Source of the DNA: Candidatus Eiseniibacteriota bacterium
GTDB lineage: Bacteria; Eisenbacteria; RBG-16-71-46; CAVPCR01
Length of the DNA: 64,000 nt
Direction: 5' to 3'
NCBI GenBank assembly: GCA_963823555.1
Contig: CAWGMA010000001.1
Location: forward strand, 1,280,001-1,344,000
In this document: positions 40,701 to 50,044 of the stretch, in pieces
Layout: the number at the start of each line of letters is the position of its first letter
How positions within the stretch are numbered: the stretch's first letter is position 1
Made by a program: the position numbers and the translations under genes
Notes under the pieces: generated by a model
What the model saw: the letters and a program-made list of their open reading frames with translations, nothing else
Told to the model about the DNA's origin: nothing
Databases searched by the model: none

Positions 40701-42567
40701 AGGGATGGGTCGCGGTGATGGGAACCGGAGCCCGCCGCCAGACCGGAAGCTCGGGATCGCCGAGCAGGAGCAGCGAGAACTGAAGCCAGCGCGCCGGCGT
40801 CTCGCTGAGCGCCGGGCCGATGAATGGCAGCTTCGACAGCGCCAGGGCCGCTCCGATCGCGGTCACGCTGTCGGCGAAGACGACGTCGTAGAACTCGTTC
40901 TGCAATCCGAACGAGTCTCCGGTGAACGCGACCCGCGAGCTTCCGATGTAGGCCACCCCACCGCCATTCGGATTCTTGAGGAAGCGCTCGCCGATGGCGT
41001 TGAAGTCGAAGGCGGTGGAGGCGCAGTTGACCGCATAGACCATCGATTGCATGGGCCCGTTGACCAGGGCGTCGACATCGGAGTTCTGGAGACTCTCGTT
41101 ACCGACCGACATCGTGTTGCGATAGCCATGTCCGACATGGTGCACGATGCCGAAGCCCGCATTCAGGGAGTCGATCACCACAGCCCGGGTCTCGGGGAGC
41201 GCCCCCGGATAAGCCGCATGGTTCTCGTAGAGCCGGACCTTCCTGAGCGCGGGCGGCAGGCGGGATGCGACCTGCTCGCAGTACGTGGCGCCGTCGAGCG
41301 ATGGCGAGAGACGCTCACCGAGGAGGAGAATCGAAGCGGGATAGCGCGCGCTGACCGCGGCTGCCTGCTCGTAGGCGATCACCTTGTCAACGAAGATCGC
41401 CGCTGCCTCCGGCGTGGAGACCGGTGCCCGACCGACGAAGAGATCGGGGGCCAGATCGGCCTCGTCACCGCCCTGGGACTGACCCGGCGGCCAACCCTCG
41501 CCAAAGGCGGCGTCGCCGTCGGCGTTCCAGTTCCCATCGAGACAGCTGAAGTAGAGATCGGTCGGGATGAGCGATGGCGGTCGATTGAGGGAGTGCGTGG
41601 CGTAGCGCACCGGGATCTGCTCGGAGTCACCGCCGAGGAGCACCCACAGCGTGCCCCAGTGGGCGTAGGCATCGGCCAGGAAGTGGCGGACCTGCTCGGC
41701 GCGGTCCACGCCCGGGTAGCTGGCCCGGATCCACTCGAGAGAACGCACGACGGTCTGCACGCCCTTCTCGGTCTTCCACTGCGCCAGCTCCTGGAAGGCG
41801 CCCGCCAGGGCTTGCGGGGCGATGATGACGTACTCGACGGGGCTGCCATCGATCGTGGGACGGAACGTGGGGCTCCACTGGGCGACCGGACCCGGAGGGA
41901 CGATGCTCTCCGGCTCGGGGCGTTGCCTGAGATCGATCACGGTGGCGGCCATCATCGCCTCCACCTTGGTTTCCCAGGGTGCCGGACGCGCTTCGATTCC
42001 GCGCTCCGTCGAGAAGCGCCCGTCGAGCTCGATCACGGTTTCGGTGGCCAGGAGGAGACCGTCTTCCCGAGGATCGCGGCGGATCGGGCGCACGATCAGG
42101 TGCACGAGCCGCCGGCCGCGGAGCCACGACTCGGCCTCCATGGTGGCGGGTGCCGGCTCCGCGGATGCCGGCTCGGTCGCCGCGGTTGGCCGCGAACGTG
42201 ATGCGGCGCCGTTTCCCGACCCGAGCGTCACCTCGGTGCGCTCGAGCACCCGGCAGGACGTGACCTCGAAATCCTCATCCACGCGGAGGACGAGGCGTAC
42301 GACCGGAAGTCCGGAGGCGTCCGGCGATCCAGCCTTGGATGCGCTGGTGGAGCCGGCGCCCGCATCGCCTGCGGAGACGCCTCCGCGGAGCGCGATCCCC
42401 TCCCCCATCGGGGAGGCATCGCCGATCACATCGGCCGGGGTGAAGCGGATCGTGAAGCGACGCGCCGGCGGGTCTGCCGTCACGTCAAGGCCGGATGCAG
42501 CCACGGTCGCTGGCAGCGCCCAGATAGCGGCGGCGAGGATCCATGCAGACCGACGTGTGGCGTGCAT
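37789..42567 (-). CDS. C25 (gingipain-like) cysteine peptidase with propeptide, Ig/FN3 domains, FG-GAP repeats and a C-terminal FlgD-Ig/T9SS-type domain
   Basis: EYVII..LAQWKTEKG, VLLGGD, DLFVGR, HVGHG and VNCAS catalytic dyad, LLGDPEL, repeated DLDGDG, PNPFNPETTIRF..WDGRSDRG..SGTYF..KMVLLK. Confidence 0.9.
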   Translation of the reverse strand: MHATRRSAWILAAAIWALPATVAASGLDVTADPPARRFTIRFTPADVIGDASPMGEGIALRGGVSAGDAGAGSTSASKAGSPDASGLPVVRLVLRVDEDFEVTSCRVLERTEVTLGSGNGAASRSRPTAATEPASAEPAPATMEAESWLRGRRLVHLIVRPIRRDPREDGLLLATETVIELDGRFSTERGIEARPAPWETKVEAMMAATVIDLRQRPEPESIVPPGPVAQWSPTFRPTIDGSPVEYVIIAPQALAGAFQELAQWKTEKGVQTVVRSLEWIRASYPGVDRAEQVRHFLADAYAHWGTLWVLLGGDSEQIPVRYATHSLNRPPSLIPTDLYFSCLDGNWNADGDAAFGEGWPPGQSQGGDEADLAPDLFVGRAPVSTPEAAAIFVDKVIAYEQAAAVSARYPASILLLGERLSPSLDGATYCEQVASRLPPALRKVRLYENHAAYPGALPETRAVVIDSLNAGFGIVHHVGHGYRNTMSVGNESLQNSDVDALVNGPMQSMVYAVNCASTAFDFNAIGERFLKNPNGGGVAYIGSSRVAFTGDSFGLQNEFYDVVFADSVTAIGAALALSKLPFIGPALSETPARWLQFSLLLLGDPELPVWRRAPVPITATHPSTLALGTGAFAVTAHAGGAPLAEARVAVVKAGDPYALGTTAGNGTATFSLNPSTPGTFTVTVTRPDAAPYRATAQVTPAAGSFLHLVQTTVDDDVTPPSSGNGNGSPEAGETLELRVMLKNSGTATATGISGTLSVLGNPSQIEITGATVSYGTIAAQAQSFGTGRFVARILPTAPEAYAPVFQVTITSAQGGFTDTFVLPIRRGNVLHDSHVLADAPPAGNGNGMPEAGETIRYTIAAHNRGPGRSDDVRATLRVLDRVTRTPHPGVAIPDGLADFGDMVSGATMTGDPLVFTLGSAVQPASVLLELTWRDAYGVLAVALADLEPPPPVTNLLGHGTESHITLTWSTPDGTSDIRGYDVLRAATAAGPFARINANLAEGSATYEDAGLPPFTRYYYAVVARDSSFNASVPSAIVSATTTPPLTPGWPIEMGQETSAGVVIDDLDGDGDLELVTGADAIYAWHHDGREVRDGDGQPNTSGVFTTDGQSPDFGFHATPAIADLTGDGDLEIIAVGWTDARVYVWNADGSREPGWPQAIGGDYNWASPAIGDLDLDGDMEIVVASGYQGKIFAWHHDGSEVADGDQNPATQGVLLVTGSAYLYSSPGIANIDADPYPEIVVGTQSMDGKVHALRRTGQVLPGWPVVTRGAVTSSPTFADLDGDGRNEILVASESDSVFVLRGTGASFPGWPRPAIVNSAYGHASSPVPADLDGDGQLDILFAANDGQLHAWTRYGQPLPGFTTALFAQDALNQDATQATPAVVDVDGDGRLEILLGAEDGLIYAWNHDGSDLEGFPIAVQGELRAGTAVWDLDRDGRLELVAASYDRNVYVWDLPGEVHGDRLAWPFFRHDVRNTGALGTPILSIGVGEESAAQGVSSPILYPAAPNPFNPETTIRFVIPGESGGARPVRLRVLDAAGRVVRTLAEGSMGTGEQALRWDGRSDRGGRAASGTYFVALEIGDQFLTGKMVLLK

Positions 42568-42614
42568 CAGATCATTCTCCCGCCGGGCGAAGCCCAAGGC
42601 CGGGCCCGGCCGAT

Positions 42615-43964
42615 CTAGCTGCCTTCGCGGCGGAGGAGGTCCTCGATCGCGGTCAATAGGCCCTGGCCGCGCGGGTGGGCGGCGGCGATGTAGCCCTGGC
42701 GATCGATGAGGAACGCGGCCGGGATGGAACGAATGCCATAGCTCTGCTTGAGTGGGGTGAGCGTGCCGCGGCCCTGCAGGATCTGGGGCCAGGGCATGCC
42801 GCTCAACTTGGTGAACGCGGTGACATCGGTGGCCTTGTTGTCGAGACTGACCCCGACGATCTCGAGACCGCGTTCGCGATACTGCTCGTAGGCGCGCTTG
42901 ACGTACGGGAGCTCGGCGCGGCAGGGTCCACACCACGTAGCCCAGAAGTCGAGCAGCACCATCTTGCCGCGAAGATCGCTCAGGCGAAGCGAGTCGCCAT
43001 CGATCGTTGCCAGGGAGAAGTCGGGAGCCTTCTCGCCGGGCGCCGGGCCAGGCTTCGCGGGCGTGGAGGACATCGCCGGCTGTGTCGGCGGCTTGACGGA
43101 CTTGGCGTCCACGGGCAAGAGCAGCAGGCGGTGCCCGTCGCAGCTCGACTCGCTCACCTTGTAGCCCTGGCTGCCGATGATGAAGGCGCTGCCCAGGCGG
43201 AAGCGCTCGCCGGCGCGGAAGGGATGGCCATCGAGGTGCCCATCGCCATTGACATCGATCACCAGGGCGGCTCCGGGGTGCGTGAAGGGGCTGTCGGAGC
43301 CACCGAGGGTCGTCGGGAGGAGCGCCGCCAGGCGCTCCTTGCCATCGAGCTCGATGGTGCCTTCCCGATATCCGTCGAGCATGACGACGATCCCGTTCGA
43401 GAGTCCCATCGCGACCTGTCGCGCCGCCTTGTCGCTCTCGTAGCGCCGGAAGATCGCGGGTAGCTCGAGGGGTTCGCCGCTGTCCTGGCAAACCAGCTGC
43501 AAGTTGACGGTCACGCTCGGCAGCTGAAGCTGACCGTCCTTGACAGGTCCGTAGCTTCCGGTCCATGCAAGTCGTTTGTCATCAGTGAGATCTTCGTTGT
43601 CGTTGAGATCCAGGATGAGACCCTCTGTGCCGTCGGACCGGCTGTAGACAGCCAGGGACAAGGCTCCATCCGGGCTTCCGTTCGGGAGCGCCCCGTAGAG
43701 CACCTGGTCCCCCACATCGGCGGGTCTTGCCTTCAGGATCTCCCCCGGCTCGGCCCCGAGCGGGACGGGGATGTTTCCGGGAATCTGCACGATGGGCAGG
43801 ATCCCCGTCTTGTCGGCAAGGTGGATCTCGATCCCGGAATCAGCTCGCGCCTCGGCTCCGAGAAGAGCGATGGCCACCAGGCCGAGGCCCACCACGGGCG
43901 AGAGGAAGGGGGTCTTCGACGCAACCGGGATCGTGGAGCGGGAGCGAATGGACAGTTTGTTCAT
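42615..43964 (-). CDS. Exported TlpA-family thiol-disulfide oxidoreductase with a large N-terminal domain
   Basis: APDFSL..LRGKMVLLDFWATWCGPC..YGIRSIP. Confidence 0.85.
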   Translation of the reverse strand: MNKLSIRSRSTIPVASKTPFLSPVVGLGLVAIALLGAEARADSGIEIHLADKTGILPIVQIPGNIPVPLGAEPGEILKARPADVGDQVLYGALPNGSPDGALSLAVYSRSDGTEGLILDLNDNEDLTDDKRLAWTGSYGPVKDGQLQLPSVTVNLQLVCQDSGEPLELPAIFRRYESDKAARQVAMGLSNGIVVMLDGYREGTIELDGKERLAALLPTTLGGSDSPFTHPGAALVIDVNGDGHLDGHPFRAGERFRLGSAFIIGSQGYKVSESSCDGHRLLLLPVDAKSVKPPTQPAMSSTPAKPGPAPGEKAPDFSLATIDGDSLRLSDLRGKMVLLDFWATWCGPCRAELPYVKRAYEQYRERGLEIVGVSLDNKATDVTAFTKLSGMPWPQILQGRGTLTPLKQSYGIRSIPAAFLIDRQGYIAAAHPRGQGLLTAIEDLLRREGS

Positions 43965-44141
43965 AGGTCTGGGAATCAGATTGCGTTCAGTCGTGGCCTG
44001 GGGGGGGCGAAGGGGGCCAATCGATGAGCGGACCTATCGTCGGGGACGCATCGATCGGCGACTCGGCCCTCAATTCTACAGAATCCGGGTCCGGAGAGCC
44101 AGGGCGGTGCTTTCCGGGCAGCTCTCTCCCCCGGCCGTCCC

Positions 44142-46730
44142 CTAGCCGACGACGAGATTCACGAGCTTGTCAGGGACCACGATCGCCTTCCTGAGGGACT
44201 TTCCGGCGAGGTGGGCCTGGACCCGGGGGTCCTTCAGGGCCAGCTCCCTGGCTTCATCCTCGGAGATGCCGGCCGGGGCCTCCAGCCGGGAACGGACCTT
44301 GCCATTCACCTGGACCACCAGGGTGATCGTCTCGGCGGCGGCGAGGGTCGGATCGTGCGCCGGCCATGAGTGCCGGAAGATCGAGGTCGGATGGTCCAGG
44401 CGCTGCCACAGCTCCTCGGCGATGTGCGGGGCGAATGGGGCCAGGAGGAGCATGAGAGCCTCGAGCGTCTCCTTGAGCGCGCGTCCCTCGGGACGATCGG
44501 GGGCGAGCGTTCCCGCCGCCAGGCAGCTGGCGGCGAACAGCGTGGCCGTGTTGGTCTGCTCCATGAGGGCGCTCACCGCCGTGTTGAGGTGGAGCCGGTC
44601 GACGTCCTGGGTCACGCGCTGAATCGTGCGATGGGTGGTCCGGCGCAGATCGCGGACGCTCGGTGATTCCTCATCGGTCCCGGTCCCGGCCGTTCCGAGC
44701 ACTGCGGCTCGCGGCAGCTGGTCGAGGTGATCGGTGACCAGGCGCCAAACCCGGCCCAGGAAACGGTACGTGCCGTCGACGGCGCGGTCGTTCCACTCGG
44801 CATCCTTCTCCGGCGGGCCGACGAAGAGCGTGTAGAGCCGGACGGTGTCCGCCCCGTAGCGCGCGATCAGCTCGTCCGGGCTCACCGTGTTGCCCTTCGA
44901 CTTCGACATCTTCGCGCCGTCCTTGCAGATCATGCCCTGGGTGAACAGCGCGGCGAACGGTTCCTCGAAGCCGATCAGCCCCTCATCATGGAGGACCTTG
45001 GTCACGAAGCGCGAATACATGAGATGGAGGATGGCGTGCTCGACACCACCGATGTACTGGTCGACGGGCAGCCAGCGATCGACCAGCTCGCGCGCGAAGG
45101 GTCGGGCGCTGTCATGGGGCGAGAGGTAGCGCAGGAAGTACCAGCTCGAGTCGACGAACGTGTCCATGGTGTCGGTCTCGCGCCGGGCCTCGCGGCCGCA
45201 GCGCGGACAGCTCACGCGGTAGAACGACTCGATCTCCTTGAGCGGCGACTCGCCAGTGGGCTTGAACCGGATGCTCCGGGGCAGGAGCACCGGTAGATCC
45301 TCGTCAGGCACGGGCACGGTGCCGCAGTCGGCGCAGTAGATGATGGGGATCGGCGCCCCCCAGTAGCGTTGGCGGGAGATCAGCCAGTCGCGAAGCCGGT
45401 AGTTGATCGTGCGCCGGCCCTTCCCCGTGGCGGCGAAGTCGGTCATCAGGCGCTCGCGCCCGACGTCGCTCTCGAGCCCCGAGTAGGAGCCCGAGTCGAC
45501 CATGGTGCCCTCCCCCTCGTAGGCGGCTTCCAGCTCGACGCCGCTCCGGACGTGCGCCGGATCAGGAGCGATCACGGTGCGCACCGGGATCGAGTAGGCA
45601 CGCGCGAATTCGAAGTCACGCTGGTCGTGCGCGGGGACCGCCATGATGGCGCCCGTGCCGTAGGTGGCGAGCACATAGTTGGCGACCCAGATCGGGATCT
45701 CGTCCCCGTTGGCCGGGTTCACGGCATGGACACCCGTGAAGACTCCCTCCTTGGGAACCTGTTCATCCGGCCGATGCACGGTGGCGTTGTAGCGGGCGGC
45801 GAAGTCGGCGATGGCGCGGCCGTGCTCGCCCCCCCGCGCGGCGAGCCGGCGGGTCAAGGCATGCCCGGGTGAGAGCACGAGGAAGGTGGCTCCAAAGAGC
45901 GTATCGGCCCGCGTGGTGAAGCAGACGAGCGGGTCGGCCTCCCCTGCCACGGGGAAGCGGATTTCGAGCCCCTCCGAGCGCCCGATCCAGTTTCGCTGCA
46001 TGACAAGCACGCGTTCCGGCCAGCTCGTGAGCTGATCCAGGTCGCTGAGCAGCCGATCGGCGTAATCGGTGATCCGGAAGTACCACTGGTCGAGATCGCG
46101 CGTCTCGACGGGTGTATCGCAGCGTTCGCAAGCGCCGCCCACGACCTGCTCATTGGCGAGCACGGTGTTGCAGCTTGGGCACCAGTTGACCGCGCCGGCG
46201 GCGCGATAGGCCAAACCGCGGTGGAAGAGGCGAAGGAAGATCCACTGCGTCCACCGGTAATAGTCGGGATCGGACGAGGCCACTTCCCGGCTCCAGTCGT
46301 AGCCCAGACCCCAGGCGCCGAGCTGTCGCTTCATGATCGCGATGTTGCTCTTCGTCCAGTCCTCGGGATGGATCCCGCTGGCGATCGCCGCATTCTCGGC
46401 AGGGAGGCCGAAGGCATCCCATCCCATTGGACAGAGAACATCGTCCCCATGCATGAGGCGGTAACGCACGATCACATCGCCGAGGATGTAATTGCGCCCG
46501 TGACCGACGTGCAAGGTTCCCGAGGGATAAGGGAACATGTTGAGGCAGTAGAACTTCCGATTCGGAGACGCGACCGCAGGCTGAAATAGACCGTCCTCGT
46601 CCCAGCGCTGGCGCCAGCGTGGTTCATACTCGGCAAAGGGGAATGCCGCCTCATCGTCGTGATCTCGGGTGGCACCCAGGCCAGCGCCGCCGCTGGGTGC
46701 TGGATGCTCCGGGCTTTCTGGTGTCCTCAC
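44142..46730 (-). CDS. leuS: Leucine--tRNA ligase
   Basis: MFPYPSG.LHVGH, GWDAFGLPAENAA, RDWLISRQRYWG, KMSKS. Confidence 0.97.
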   Translation of the reverse strand: MRTPESPEHPAPSGGAGLGATRDHDDEAAFPFAEYEPRWRQRWDEDGLFQPAVASPNRKFYCLNMFPYPSGTLHVGHGRNYILGDVIVRYRLMHGDDVLCPMGWDAFGLPAENAAIASGIHPEDWTKSNIAIMKRQLGAWGLGYDWSREVASSDPDYYRWTQWIFLRLFHRGLAYRAAGAVNWCPSCNTVLANEQVVGGACERCDTPVETRDLDQWYFRITDYADRLLSDLDQLTSWPERVLVMQRNWIGRSEGLEIRFPVAGEADPLVCFTTRADTLFGATFLVLSPGHALTRRLAARGGEHGRAIADFAARYNATVHRPDEQVPKEGVFTGVHAVNPANGDEIPIWVANYVLATYGTGAIMAVPAHDQRDFEFARAYSIPVRTVIAPDPAHVRSGVELEAAYEGEGTMVDSGSYSGLESDVGRERLMTDFAATGKGRRTINYRLRDWLISRQRYWGAPIPIIYCADCGTVPVPDEDLPVLLPRSIRFKPTGESPLKEIESFYRVSCPRCGREARRETDTMDTFVDSSWYFLRYLSPHDSARPFARELVDRWLPVDQYIGGVEHAILHLMYSRFVTKVLHDEGLIGFEEPFAALFTQGMICKDGAKMSKSKGNTVSPDELIARYGADTVRLYTLFVGPPEKDAEWNDRAVDGTYRFLGRVWRLVTDHLDQLPRAAVLGTAGTGTDEESPSVRDLRRTTHRTIQRVTQDVDRLHLNTAVSALMEQTNTATLFAASCLAAGTLAPDRPEGRALKETLEALMLLLAPFAPHIAEELWQRLDHPTSIFRHSWPAHDPTLAAAETITLVVQVNGKVRSRLEAPAGISEDEARELALKDPRVQAHLAGKSLRKAIVVPDKLVNLVVG

Positions 46731-46740
46731 GCTCGATTCC

Positions 46741-47712
46741 TCATGGGCCGGTGCTGTCAGCGAGGCGGTCGTTGACCGCAAGCAGCCGCCGGGCCTCAGC
46801 CGCCTTCCAGGTTTCCTCGCCAGCGCTCTCTGCCACGGATTCCAGCTGCGTCCGCGCCGCCTGGATCTCGCCCAGGATCAGGAGAACGTGGCCACGGCGG
46901 AGTCCGGCCTCGATCCGTCGCGGTGACGCGGGATAGGCAGCCATGAACCGGTCCAGGATCTCGCGGGCTCCGGCAAGATCACCCCGCTCGGTACGCACGA
47001 TGGCGAGATCGAGGACGGCATCCGCTTCATGGCTGGATCCGGCGTGTGGTCCAGCGGGAGTGAGCGAGGCCAGGAGCGGCTCGGCCTCCGCGATGGAGCC
47101 ATGGGCCATCAGCTCATCGGCGAATGCGTAGATCAGGGCGGGATTCTCGCGATCCTCCTGCCATTCCTCCATGCGCGCAAGCAAAGGGTCGGCCATGGCG
47201 ACCACCGCGTCCATGGCGGCTGCAAACGGCGTCGCCTGGACGAAGCCGGTGACGCGATCGATCTCCTTGCCGTGCCGATCGAGGAAGAGGATGGTCGGGA
47301 GCCCCCGGATCCCGTACTGGCGTCCGATCTGAGGCTCGCGATCCGCGTTGACCTTGGCGCAGGTCATCCCTTCCGCGCGTTCGATGACCGGCGCCTGGGA
47401 GTAGGTTCGGCGGTCGAGTTCGTGGCACCAGCGGCACCACTGAGCCCAGATATCGACCATCACCGGGCGGCGGAGCATGGCGGCCTGCTCGAGGGCCTGG
47501 TCGAGTTCCGTGACCCAGGCGATCTCACCGGCCTTGCCTCCACCCAGGGTGAGCTCCGTGCCGACCGGCGCCGGAGCCGCCGCCAGCGCCAGACCGGACG
47601 CGGTGGCCAGCCAGGCCGACAGCACGAGGGTCAGGAGCCGGGCAGCCGGCGGCGGCTGCTTCCACCTGCTCTCCAGGCGGGCGGTCGCGGTTGGATTCAC
47701 ATCTGGCGCCAT
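46741..47712 (-). CDS. Exported thioredoxin-fold protein with a C-terminal TPR region
   Basis: Signal-like segment, WAQWCRWC, GLPT cis-Pro loop, TPR helices. Start uncertain. Confidence 0.75.
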   Translation of the reverse strand: MAPDVNPTATARLESRWKQPPPAARLLTLVLSAWLATASGLALAAAPAPVGTELTLGGGKAGEIAWVTELDQALEQAAMLRRPVMVDIWAQWCRWCHELDRRTYSQAPVIERAEGMTCAKVNADREPQIGRQYGIRGLPTILFLDRHGKEIDRVTGFVQATPFAAAMDAVVAMADPLLARMEEWQEDRENPALIYAFADELMAHGSIAEAEPLLASLTPAGPHAGSSHEADAVLDLAIVRTERGDLAGAREILDRFMAAYPASPRRIEAGLRRGHVLLILGEIQAARTQLESVAESAGEETWKAAEARRLLAVNDRLADSTGP

Positions 47713-47822
47713 CGCGGTGTGCCTCGGGAGACTCGTGGCCAAAGGCCAGCCAATACGGCGAGCGGTCGGTTGCGCGCAACCGACCGCCGCGGGAACGGAC
47801 CCTTGTTCCGAACCGCCGGGCG

Positions 47823-48149
47823 TCAGCTCAGGACCTTCTCGACTCGCTTCAGGATCTCGCCCTTGGGCTGGGCGCCGACAATCGTGTCGACCACCTCTCC
47901 ACCCTTGAAGAAGAGCAGGGAGGGAATGGAGCGGATGCCGAAGCGCGAGGCCGTCTGGTTCGCGTAGTCAACGTTTACCTTCCCCACCTTGAGCTTCCCG
48001 GAGTACTGCTGAGCGATCTCCTCGACGATCGGGCTGATGGCGCGGCACGGGCCGCACCATTCGGCCCAGAAGTCGACGATCACCGGATCGCTCGACTGGA
48101 TCACCTCGCTGTCGAAGTTGGCATCGGTGAGCTCGATCATCCCCTTCAT
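47823..48149 (-). CDS. trxA: Thioredoxin
   Basis: DFWAEWCGPC, 108 aa. Confidence 0.95.
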   Translation of the reverse strand: MKGMIELTDANFDSEVIQSSDPVIVDFWAEWCGPCRAISPIVEEIAQQYSGKLKVGKVNVDYANQTASRFGIRSIPSLLFFKGGEVVDTIVGAQPKGEILKRVEKVLS

Positions 48150-48327
48150 TCGCGGTCGTCTCCTTAGGTTGGCTGCGGACGGGGCCTGGAACCCGCCGGT
48201 GAGCGCGGCCCCGGCTGGGCGCTTTCCTTACTGAAACTTTGGATGCGGGCTGGTGGCCGGGCGATGCCGCAACTTTGCGGGTGCCGTGGCCGGCCCGAGA
48301 GGCAAAAGCGCCTCATTGTACGGTGAA

Positions 48328-49518
48328 CTATCGGTTCCGTAAAGCTGCGCTCCGCCTGCCTGCTGGCCCCGCCTTGCGTGCCGGGCCAGGTCGATGGTCT
48401 TGAGCACGCCCCGCCTCGCCTCTCGCCTCCCCCTGGGCGGCGGCTCGCTTGCCCGGGGACGCCGCGCCGAGGATCCGATGCAGGAGCGCCTCGAGAACGA
48501 GCTGATCGCCGTGTCTCTGGCGCGGCAGCGGCATGCCGCCTTCACCGCCCTTGAGCAGGCGATCGGCAGCGTAGAGCGCGGTGATGGCCCTGGCGAGATC
48601 GTCTTGGGTCCACCGCCGAGCGCAGGCTCGGACCTCGTCACGAAACCAGCCGCGGGCGCCGTGGCCCAGCCGCCAGAGATCCGTGATGCGGTAGTTGAGG
48701 AAGCCGAGCACGCGCAGCGGTTCCTCGCCCGCCTCCAGCACTCGTCCCAGTGACTTGAGGGATCGGGGCAGGTCGCGCTCGCTGACCGCGGACACCAGTT
48801 CGTCGAGCGTGGAACCGAGGCCGCCAGCGACGACGCGATTGACCTCTTCGGCCTTGACCGGCTGGCCCGGGCCCACGAACAGGGAGACCTTTTCGATCTC
48901 CCCAGCCAGTGTCGACAGCTGGGAGCCGGCGAGCAGGAGCAGCTGTTCGGCTGCGTCGGGGGTCGCCTTGTGCCCGAGGGCCTGAAAGCGCATGGCGATC
49001 CACCGCGGCAACATGGCAACCGGAAGCTCATCAACGGGGATCACGGTCGTGCGCTGGCGTATCTCGCGCGTGAACGTGAGCCGTCCGTCCAGCTTGGCGG
49101 CAAGGAGCACGAGCACGGTGGATTCGGCTGCTGCCGCCAGGCCGGGCAACAGCGCATCGCGATCCCCCTTGCGCAGGCGTTCGACCCCGTCGACGATGAC
49201 AAGGCGCCGCTCGCCGAACATCGGCATGCCGGCGGCCGCCGCCAGAATATCCTCGACCCGGGACTCCGCTCCGGAGAAGACCTGGCGGTTGAATGCTCGT
49301 GTCGATGGATCGTCGCCCAGGGTGGCGTCCTCGATGCGTTTGAGCACCTCCCGGCGGAGGAGGATCTCCTCTCCCTCGAGCAAGTAGATGCTGCGGATCG
49401 TGCGCTGCGCCAGTTCCTTGCCGAGCGCGTCAAGGGACAGTGTGCCGCCGCCCCGAGCTCCGGCCGGGGAGCGACTGCCCGAACCGGAACTCGAACGGGT
49501 TCCCTTGCTTGCGGCCAT
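48328..49518 (-). CDS. holA: DNA polymerase III subunit delta
   Basis: IYLLEGEE, MPMFGERRLVIV, GEIEKVSLF, ADRLLKGG; follows lptE. Confidence 0.85.
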   Translation of the reverse strand: MAASKGTRSSSGSGSRSPAGARGGGTLSLDALGKELAQRTIRSIYLLEGEEILLRREVLKRIEDATLGDDPSTRAFNRQVFSGAESRVEDILAAAAGMPMFGERRLVIVDGVERLRKGDRDALLPGLAAAAESTVLVLLAAKLDGRLTFTREIRQRTTVIPVDELPVAMLPRWIAMRFQALGHKATPDAAEQLLLLAGSQLSTLAGEIEKVSLFVGPGQPVKAEEVNRVVAGGLGSTLDELVSAVSERDLPRSLKSLGRVLEAGEEPLRVLGFLNYRITDLWRLGHGARGWFRDEVRACARRWTQDDLARAITALYAADRLLKGGEGGMPLPRQRHGDQLVLEALLHRILGAASPGKRAAAQGEARGEAGRAQDHRPGPARKAGPAGRRSAALRNR

Positions 49519-50039
49519 CAGTTCCAGCTCCTCACGGTCCGGTTCAGGATGTCCGAGGCCAGTTGCCGCACGGCCTCAGCGCGGCCGCTGACCTCGTCCT
49601 GCGGTTCCTGCCCGGTGGTGGCGACGACGTAGTAGGTGGTGCGGCCAAACATCGAGTCCTCGGTCCACAGGGTCTTCCGCTTCACCAGATCCTTGAACTC
49701 GATCTCGACCTCGACGATCACTTCATACTGCTGGGTCTCCCCCTTGGCGTCATAGCCGAAGACACGGTTCTCGTAGCGCACGATCCGGCCATAGAGCCCC
49801 GAGTCGGCCCGGGCCTCGGGTACGACCTGGAGCGTGTTGTCGAGCACGAACTCGCGGGTGATCTGCTGCGTCAAGTCCTGCTCGAGACCGGGCTCGGTGG
49901 TCGAGTTGATGAAGACCGGGATGGCGACCGTGCGGATGTGCGACGGCAGCCGGCTGGGCGTGAAGGAGTACACGCCACAACCGTTTCCGGCCATGATGGC
50001 CGCGAGGAGGGCGAGCCCGATGGCAATCCGCTTCCCCAT
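49518..50039 (-). CDS. lptE: LPS assembly lipoprotein LptE
   Basis: Lipobox GNGCGVYSF, LPSHIRTVAIPVFINST. Confidence 0.8.
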   Translation of the reverse strand: MGKRIAIGLALLAAIMAGNGCGVYSFTPSRLPSHIRTVAIPVFINSTTEPGLEQDLTQQITREFVLDNTLQVVPEARADSGLYGRIVRYENRVFGYDAKGETQQYEVIVEVEIEFKDLVKRKTLWTEDSMFGRTTYYVVATTGQEPQDEVSGRAEAVRQLASDILNRTVRSWN

Positions 50040-50044
50040 CGCTC

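Noticed and set aside
39982..42201. 739-aa plus-strand ORF (also 50177-52171, 31261-32841 and similar)
   Set aside because: Antisense shadows of well-supported genes, expected at this GC content; no recognisable motifs.
42568..43566. N-terminal 333-aa extension of the 1925-aa ORF
   Set aside because: Overlaps the TlpA gene in another frame and is Arg/Pro-rich noise; signal peptide and RBS support the start at 42567.
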